A DNA stretch of 5,709 nt from Octopus sinensis (lineage: Eukaryota), in contig NW_021829993.1 of the NCBI RefSeq assembly GCF_006345805.1, positions 1 to 5,709 of the forward strand, read 5' to 3'. The position numbers and the translations under genes were made by a program. Shown here one piece after another: positions 1 to 5,709 of the stretch (positions within the stretch are counted from its first letter, which is position 1; each line of letters starts with the position of its first letter). The notes beneath the pieces are model-generated. The model did not search any database. It was not told the origin of the DNA and was given only the letters and a program-made list of their open reading frames with translations.

Positions 1-79
1 AAAGAGAATAACAAGCTACATAATGCAAAAAAAACAGGACAGGAAACAGACAATAAGGGCTTTTTTTGCCTGGACGGTG
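1..79 (-). repeat. Inverted partial copy of the 531-~615 segment of the adjacent repeat unit
   Basis: 34-79 (ACAGGACAGGAAACAGACAATAAGGGCTTTTTTTGCCTGGACGGTG) matches the reverse complement of 531-576 at 43/46 positions. 1-33 aligns only loosely to the reverse complement of ~590-615 and needs a gap. Confidence 0.85.
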
Positions 80-147
80 TACTCATATATATATATGTAT
101 GCATGTATATATATATGTAGATGTAAGTATGTACATATATGTATGTA

Positions 148-208
148 CTTACTTTGATAGGTTTCGGCCATTATTGGCCCAGGCCATGTCTAACTTAATA
201 GCACCACC
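148..208 (-). mobile_element. 61-bp insert flanked by a TGTA direct repeat; probable 5'-truncated non-LTR retroelement/SINE 3' end
   Basis: Present in copy 1 and absent from copy 2 of the direct repeat. TGTA occurs at 144-147 and 209-212 but only once in copy 2. The minus strand ends CATGGCCTG-GGCCAATAATGGCC-GAAAC-CTATCAAAGTAAG, i.e. a hairpin followed by an AAGT-like tail. Confidence 0.5.
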
Positions 209-690
209 TGTATATATGCATATATTTTATTTATTTATTATATTACTATATGACCGAACGCATGCGTTATTTCTCTATTGCTCTTCTCCAAGTTTTTATT
301 TGAATCATCATGACGCGCACTCTTTGACCTTTCCTCCCTGCCTGTCTGTCTTTCTCTCTACTTGTTTTTCACCCTTCTGGTTTCTTTCCCTCCCCTCTCT
401 CTCTCTCCTCCTCCTCCTACTGACCAGAGGGTTGCTAAAACGTTCTTTCAGCTTCGTCTTTCAACAAGTATAGATCGCCTTCTCTGTCCTTCGTAAGCCG
501 ATTTTTTACAAGCGTTCTAACTAATTTTTCCACTGTCCAGGCAAAAAAACCTCTTATTGTCTGTTTCCTGTCCTGTCTCTTTATTGTACTGTTTTTTCTT
601 CATTTGTATTGCTTTTACGTCCTGTTTTTGTCACTTGTTTTACCCCTCTGCAAAAGAATTTCATTTAATTCCTTTTGCAGGAAGGACTGC

Positions 691-758
691 TTCGACTGTG
701 TTCTGTCCTTACCTTCGAAACACACTTTGAGTCGAACCAGGGACAGCTGATGAAGGGG
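691..758 (+). ncRNA. Candidate hammerhead ribozyme in non-circularly permuted (pseudoknotted) strand order
   Basis: Cores CTGATGA 747-753 and GAAA 717-720. Stem I 703-710/739-746 (CTGTCC/GGACAG perfect, plus U-G and U-A). Stem III 697-701/720-724 (TGTGT/ACACA perfect), extended by 691-696/731-736 (TTCGAC/GTCGAA). NUH triplet GTT 700-702 lies exactly between stems III and I. Stem II is weak: G755-C716, G756.U715, G757.U714, G758-C713, with an extra A754. Confidence 0.55.
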
Positions 759-1028
759 AATTTTCCTTGTATTGTTTGTCCTGTACTCTGTTTTTCCGTT
801 GTTTAAAAAAAGTCCGTTTCCTTGTTTGATTTTATGTTCTCGTCTCTCGTTGTGTTCAACGTCTATTTGTGGTGTCCTGTACTCATATATATATATCTAT
901 ATATATATATACATGTAGATGTAAGTATGTACATATATGTATGTATATATGCATATATTTTATTTATTTATTATATTACTATATGACCGAACGCACGCGT
1001 TATTTCTCTATTTCTCTTCTCCAAGTTT

Positions 1029-1050
1029 ATATATATATATATATATATAT
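1029..1050. repeat. (AT)n microsatellite
   Basis: About 11 uninterrupted AT units, at the point where the direct-repeat copy 2 ends. Confidence 0.95.
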
Positions 1051-1357
1051 AAAATATTATTCGAGACAAAACCACTATTTTGCAAAACAAACAAGGAAAG
1101 ACTTAATCAATACATAAATTTTAATAAATAGTCAAAAAAACCGCCACTACAATCGTTTCTTGTCTTGATCGACAATCTTCAGGTGGACTTCCAATCTAAA
1201 AAATCAATATTTTAAAAAATAAAATAATAATTTTAAAATAATTAAAGTATGAATGAAAAAATATAAGTATATAATCCATATATAACCTATCTATAATCCA
1301 TATATTCAATATATAAACAATATATAAACTAAAAAACCTATCAACAATTAAATATAA

Positions 1358-1399
1358 TATAAAATATAAAATATAAAATATAAAATATAAAATATAAAA
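1358..1399. repeat. (TATAAAA)6 heptamer tandem repeat
   Basis: Six perfect units starting at 1358, 1365, 1372, 1379, 1386 and 1393. Confidence 0.95.
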
Positions 1400-1416
1400 T
1401 ATAATTTAGTTTATAT

Positions 1417-1422
1417 TATATA

Positions 1423-1459
<37 letters not shown>
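1417..1459. repeat. (TA)n microsatellite
   Basis: TA dinucleotide run with one interruption near 1430. Confidence 0.95.
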
Positions 1460-1465
<6 letters not shown>

Positions 1466-1537
1466 TAGGGAATAAATCCAAACTTACAGGGAAAAATCAG
1501 ATTTAGGATTGAATCCAATTTTATAGTAAAATATTAT

Positions 1538-1747
1538 TTATATTAAATTAGAGACAAAACCACATATTTGCAAATCAAATAATGAAAGACTTAAGCCAAT
1601 GCATAAATTAATTTATATTATTTAGATATGTAACAATTATTATATTTTTTAATAATTGTTACATATCTAAATAATATAAATTATTTATGTATTGGCTTAA
1701 GTCTTTCATTGTTTGATTTGCATAATAGTGGTTTTGTCTCTAATTTA

Positions 1748-1753
<6 letters not shown>
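1538..1753. repeat. 216-bp AT-rich near-perfect palindrome (arms ~105 bp, 7-nt loop)
   Basis: 1609-1642 is the exact reverse complement of 1650-1683 (34 bp) around the loop TATTTTT (1643-1649). Pairing continues to 1538/1753 with one indel and about 6 mismatches. Confidence 0.95.
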
Positions 1754-1813
<60 letters not shown>

Positions 1814-1907
1814 AACAGGCAGATAGACAAATAAATAGACAGATAGGCAGATAGACAGCTAACTAGACAAATAGGTAGATAGACAGCTAAATAGACAGAT
1901 AGAGAGC
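1753..1907. repeat. Compound (AT)n(AG)n microsatellite followed by a degenerate (TAGA/CAGA)n tract
   Basis: (AT)n 1753-1780, (AG)n 1781-1809, imperfect GATA/GACA-type tetramers ~1817-1907. Confidence 0.9.
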
Positions 1908-1965
1908 TAAGTATATCCTGGCAGAATTCATAACTCACCCACGAGAGAGACACCCCATCATTCCT

Positions 1966-1990
1966 CCCCCCTACCCCCTCCCCCTCACCC
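1966..1990 (-). other. Potential G-quadruplex-forming sequence
   Basis: Plus-strand C tracts at 1966-1971, 1974-1978, 1980-1984 and 1988-1990 with loops of 2, 1 and 3 nt fit the G3+N1-7 pattern on the minus strand. Sequence potential only. Confidence 0.5.
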
Positions 1991-2194
1991 ACAGAACACC
2001 ATATAAAGAGTGTTTGGGCCAGGGAAGTTATCAGTCATGTGCTGGTATGCGTCTGACGTCATTCTCAAGAACCAACCACATGGGCACACTTGCATATCTG
2101 CACCTCACACTTGTGTGCAGACTGACATGCAGTTACACGGGTACGGACTGATGCAGACATGCACATACAGATGCGAGTGGTGCATAGCACAAAC

Positions 2195-2362
2195 ACCCAC
2201 ACACATACATACATACATACATATATATATATATATATTTATATATATGTATGTATATATATATATATATGTATTTATATATATATATTCATATGTACAT
2301 CTATATATCTATATGCATATACATATCTATCTATTTGTCTATCTATCTTTCTATCCATCTAC

Positions 2363-2448
<86 letters not shown>

Positions 2449-2469
2449 GTCTATCTATCTATCCCTCTC

Positions 2470-2519
<50 letters not shown>

Positions 2520-2520
2520 C

Positions 2521-2552
<32 letters not shown>

Positions 2553-2624
2553 GTCTGTCTGTCTGTCTGTCTGCTGTCTATCTGTCTATCTATCTATCCC
2601 TCTCTATCTATCTATCTATCTATC

Positions 2625-2686
<62 letters not shown>

Positions 2687-2781
2687 CATATATATATATA
2701 TATATATGTATATGTATATGTGTGTGTGTGTGTACACACTCGTAACTTTGTATACGTGTGGGTATATAAATAAATGAATAA

Positions 2782-2820
<39 letters not shown>

Positions 2821-2845
2821 TATTTACATACACACTTTATACAGG

Positions 2846-2877
<32 letters not shown>
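2195..2877. repeat. Compound microsatellite block: CA/TA-rich, (TCTA)n/(TCTG)n, (TA)n, (TG)n, (CA)n, (GT)n
   Basis: CA/TA-rich ~2195-2322; TCTA/TCTG ~2323-2686; (TA)n ~2687-2706; (TG)n ~2718-2732; (CA)n ~2783-2813; (GT)n ~2849-2877. Confidence 0.95.
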
Positions 2878-2881
<4 letters not shown>

Positions 2882-2922
2882 GTATGGAATTTCGGAGGTG
2901 GTGCAGAAGAGGGTAATAAACA

Positions 2923-3001
2923 TGGTGGTGGTGGTGGTGGTGGGTTTCATATTACATAATACAGAAGTAGTAGCAGCAGCAGTGGTGGTGGTGGTGGTGG
3001 T
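2923..3001. repeat. Trinucleotide repeats (GGT)n and (GTA)(GCA)(GTG)n
   Basis: GGT run ~2923-2944; compound run ~2967-3001. Confidence 0.9.
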
Positions 3002-3019
3002 AACAGTTCAGGTGCTTCA

Positions 3020-4412
3020 CCCCAGATCAGTCCTGATCCAGTAGAGTTGTTCCAATTGTGACCATCCTGTCTCGTATTCAGACATAGGGTATCTAGGAGT
3101 ACATCATCTAATGTGCCCTCCCTTGTTGCTGTTTAGCCCTAGGTCAGTCTTAGTCCAGCTGACCAATGATCAAAGGTTTTCCCGCCGTGACCATCATGTC
3201 TATTATTCAGTCATAGTGTATCTAGGACTACATTTTCTAATGTGTCCCTCCTCGTGATGTTGTTTGCCCTAGGTCAGTCTTAGTCCAGCTGACAATGATC
3301 AAAGGTTTTCCAGCCGTGACCATCATGTCTATTATTCAGACATAGTGTATCTAGGACTACATTTTCTAATGTGTCCTCCTCGTGATGTTGTTTAGCCCTA
3401 GGTCAGTCTTAGTCCAGCTGACCAATGATCAAGGTTTTCCAGCCGTGACCATCATGTCTATTATTCAGACATAGTGTATCTAGGACTACATTTTCTAATG
3501 TGTCCCTCCTCGTGATTGTTGTTTAGCCCTAGGTCAGTCTTAGTCCAGCTGACCAATGATCAAAGGTTTTCCCGCCGTGACCATCATGTCTATTATTCAG
3601 TCATAGTGTATCTAGGACTACATTTTCTAATGTGTCCCTCCTCGTGATTGTTGTTTAGCCCTAGGTCAGTCTTAGTCCAGCTGACCAATGATCAAAGGTT
3701 TTCCAGCCGTGACCATCATGTCTATTATTCAGTCATAGTGTATCTAGGACTACATTTTCTAATGTGTCCCTCCTCGTGATTGTTGTTTAGCCCTAGGTCA
3801 GTCTTAGTCCAGCTGACCAATGATCAAAGGTTTTCCAGCCGTGACCATCATGTCTATTATTCAGTCATAGTGTATCTAGGACTACATTTTCTAATGTGTC
3901 CCTCCTCGTGATTGTTGTTTAGCCCTAGGTCAGTCTTAGTCCAGCTGACCAATGATCAAAGGTTTTCCAGCCGTGACCATCAGTCTATTATTCAGTCATA
4001 GTGTATCTAGGACTACATTTTCTAATGTGTCCCTCCGTGATTGTTGTTTAGCCTAGGTCAGTCTTAGTCCAGCTGACCAATGATCAAAGGTTTTCCAGCC
4101 GTGACCATCATGTCTATTATTCAGACATAGTGTATCTAGGACTACATTTTCTAATGTGTCCCTCCTCGTGATTGTTGTTTAGCCCTAGGTCAGTCTTAGT
4201 CCAGCTGACCAATGATCAAAGGTTTTCCCGCTGTGACTGTCATGTCTATTATTCAGGCACAGTGTATCTAGGACTACATTATCTTATGTGTCCTTCCTTA
4301 ATTTTGTTGTTTAGCCCTAGGTTAGTCCTGATCCAGCAGACCCATCATGAAAGTTGTTCCAACTGTGACCATCCTATGACATAGTGTATCTAGGATTACA
4401 TTATCTTTGTGT
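3020..4412. repeat. 132-bp minisatellite: 9 core units plus two diverged edge units
   Basis: Anchor CCCTAGG at 3137, 3267, 3396, 3527, 3659, 3791, 3923, ~4051 (one C missing), 4183 and 4315, giving spacings of 128-132 bp. Diverged 117-bp unit at 3020-3136 and diverged partial unit at 4315-4412. The core consensus has stop codons in the frames checked and no unique spacers. Confidence 0.95.
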
Positions 4413-4938
4413 TCTCAGCTGAAATCCAGCCATGACCTACTTGAGTTAAAAATTTAACCTGTTGCCCAGTTTAACCCCCACTTTGGGTACTCTTTGGGTA
4501 CTCTTAGCTGTGTCCAGTCTGGAGCAAACCTCTTGGGCCCAGTTTCTGCTTCAAGGCGATCTCCCTTCCAGGGCCAGCTCAGTGTGCTGGCAAGTCCTGA
4601 GTGCCATGTGCTAGGGGGCACCAAGGAGGGTGTTACAAAGAAAAGGAAATTTCCACAACTGTCAGCTTGTACACCCTAAAGTTCATGTTGCCTGGGGTGG
4701 CGACACCCTTAGGGCGAGCCCTGCTCTCTTCCACCTGGTTTGAGAGGCCCTATGACGGGTCTTGCACATTCGTTTCTCTCCTGAGTAAATAGATATAAAT
4801 ATAAAGGATCACTTGATTGAAGTCTTAGCTAGGGGTAAATGAGTACCTTGTAATGTTCATAATAGGGGTACCGTCGACAGACAGGGGGTGGGCGGACATC
4901 CAATGAATTCAGCAATGCATTTAGCTTTCTGTAGGTGT

Positions 4939-4962
4939 CCACCACCACCACCACCACCACTA
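4939..4962. repeat. (CCA)n trinucleotide repeat adjoining the SINE 3' end
   Basis: About 7 CCA units directly left of the SINE on the plus strand. Confidence 0.9.
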
Positions 4963-4966
4963 CCAT

Positions 4967-5191
4967 CTATTTCTTTACTACCCACAAGGGGCTAAACACG
5001 GAGGGGACAAACAAGGACAGACAAACGATTAAGTCGATTACATTTCCCCCAGAGCGTAACTGGTACTTAATTTATCGACCCTGAAAGGATGAAAGGCAAA
5101 GTCGACCTCGGCGGAATTTGAACTCAGAACGTAGCGGCAGATGAAATACGGCTACGCATTTCGCACAGCGTGCTAACGACTCTGCCAGCTC
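4967..5191 (-). mobile_element. tRNA-derived SINE (Octopus-type), ~225 bp, apparently full length
   Basis: Minus strand begins GAGCTGGCAGAGTCGTTAGC with a Pol III A-box-like TGGCAGAGTCG (5187-5177) and a B-box-like GAGTTCAAATTCC (5125-5113). It continues with the central GCCTTTCATCCTTTCAGGGTCGATAAATTAAGTACCAG and ends GTAGTAAAGAAATAG. From memory this resembles an abundant octopus SINE; not checked against a database. Confidence 0.85.
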
Positions 5192-5217
5192 ATCATTACC
5201 ACCACCACCACTATAGC

Positions 5218-5261
<44 letters not shown>

Positions 5262-5380
5262 CGCCATCATCGCCATCATCACCACCACCACCACCACTAC
5301 CATCATCACCACCAACATCACCACTAGCACTAACACCAACACCACCACCAACACTACTACTACTACTACTACTACTACTC
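5192..5380. repeat. Compound trinucleotide repeats (CAC)n/(CAT)n/(ACT)n
   Basis: (CAT)n ~5217-5260, CAC/AAC-rich ~5270-5352, (ACT)n ~5355-5378. Confidence 0.95.
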
Positions 5381-5458
5381 CATCAATGGTAGGGACTTGG
5401 CATGCAATGGTAATGTCCCCCCCTACCTTAGTTGGCCACAAAGATGACAGGAGAGGCA

Positions 5459-5484
5459 TGGTGGTGGTGGTGATGGTGGTGGTG
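5459..5484. repeat. (GGT)n trinucleotide repeat
   Basis: Imperfect GGT/GAT run. Confidence 0.85.
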
Positions 5485-5709
5485 TCACAGGAGGGGGTTG
5501 GTTCTGATGGACATACTACCCGGTGGAGGTGGGTGGAATAAGGGGGTTGGTTATGTTAAAGGGATCTGGAGGGTGGGTCTGGTGAAGAGGTGGGTGAGTG
5601 AAAGATGAGCCGTACCTTCCCTTTCTCCTGCACCACCACACCCACACACATGCACCCTTTCCCCCCCTCCCGTTCCCAGTATACTGCTCAGGGTAAAATC
5701 CCTTCCCCC

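Larger units (their letters stand above)
78..1028 (+). mobile_element. Tandem direct repeat (800-bp unit 78-877 plus partial copy 878-1028); putative Penelope-like element pseudo-LTR or retrozyme-like remnant
   Basis: 78-295 is repeated at 878-1028, differing by a 65-bp indel, a variable TA-rich tract and about 2 substitutions. The unit carries hammerhead motifs and has an inverted partial copy at its 5' side. The repeat is seen directly; the PLE assignment is inference, and no RT or GIY-YIG coding remnant was recognised. Confidence 0.55.
1051..1753. mobile_element. Putative non-autonomous TIR/foldback (MITE-like) element between (TA)n tracts
   Basis: 1063-1119 matches the reverse complement of 1683-1740 at 53/58 columns. 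Both ends abut (TA)n. The interior is extremely AT-rich with no ORF. Family not recognised and exact termini uncertain. Confidence 0.45.

Noticed and set aside
531-551. RSS-like motif CACTGTC...GCAAAAAAACC (RAG/Transib heptamer-nonamer)
   Set aside because: The heptamer is not CACAGTG and the spacer is only about 3 nt rather than 12 or 23.
2010-2777. Long ORFs (255, 204 and 164 aa) and other supplied ORFs at 66-473, 869-1131, 1681-1992 and 2774-3044
   Set aside because: They are open because TA, CA, TCTA and GGT repeats lack stops in those frames. The products are LSIY/IY/HT/V runs with no domain-like sequence, and several start at GTG or TTG, which is unusual for a eukaryote.
2718-2877. Inverted (TG)n/(CA)n/(GT)n pairs as hairpins or Z-DNA
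   Set aside because: Complementarity is trivial between adjacent dinucleotide microsatellites, with no unique-sequence stem.
3137-4384. 132 bp = 44 codons, with one in-frame TGA per unit on the plus strand (poly-selenocysteine or repeat-protein idea)
   Set aside because: About 2 stops are expected per 44 random codons, so one stop in the best frame is unremarkable. Differences between edge and core units, checked in a minus-strand frame, show no synonymous bias; the left edge has TAG in the plus frame; no SECIS was recognised.
3020-4412. CRISPR-like array
   Set aside because: Whole units are repeated, with no unique spacers, no cas genes and a eukaryotic context.
4481-4504. 11-bp tandem duplication CTTTGGGTACT x2
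   Set aside because: Real, but an ordinary slippage duplication with no further structure.
4494-4792. Short ORFs in the unique segment, and a minus-strand acceptor-like TATTTACTCAG near 4781-4791
   Set aside because: 61-63 aa with no recognisable domain. Minus-strand frames after the acceptor hit stops within about 35 codons and no convincing donor was found.
4831-4847. GGGGTAAATGAGTACC resembling a SINE central-domain motif
   Set aside because: Too short, and the flanks do not extend the similarity.
5170-5541. Poly-His/Thr/Val ORF and its antisense ORF (5259-5459)
   Set aside because: Translation of (CAT)n, (CAC)n, (ACT)n and (GGT)n; it begins inside the SINE at a GTG codon.
5488-5709. 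G-rich then C-rich segments with a repeated AGGGGGTTGGTT
   Set aside because: Compositional complementarity only; no alignable inverted repeat or recognisable element, and the segment is truncated by the window edge.

Overview
Repeat-dense, AT-rich eukaryotic non-coding DNA, most likely from a coleoid cephalopod (Octopus-like). This assignment is inferred from a recognisable tRNA-derived SINE at 4967-5191 and the very high microsatellite load. No protein-coding gene is supported: the supplied ORFs are by-products of microsatellites, repeats or short unique sequence without recognisable domains. From left to right the window holds five things. (i) 1-1028 is an 800-bp-period direct repeat with an inverted partial copy fused at its left end, an architecture reminiscent of Penelope-like element pseudo-LTRs. 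It contains a complete set of hammerhead ribozyme core motifs and stems at 691-758, but in a non-circularly permuted, pseudoknotted order; this is the best lead in the window. (ii) 1051-1753 is an AT-rich TIR/foldback element between (TA)n tracts, ending in a 216-bp palindrome. (iii) 1753-3001 is a run of compound microsatellites. (iv) 3020-4412 is a 132-bp minisatellite with a homogenised core and diverged edges. (v) A minus-strand SINE sits among trinucleotide repeats. All alignments and base pairings were done by eye; nothing was searched or folded computationally.
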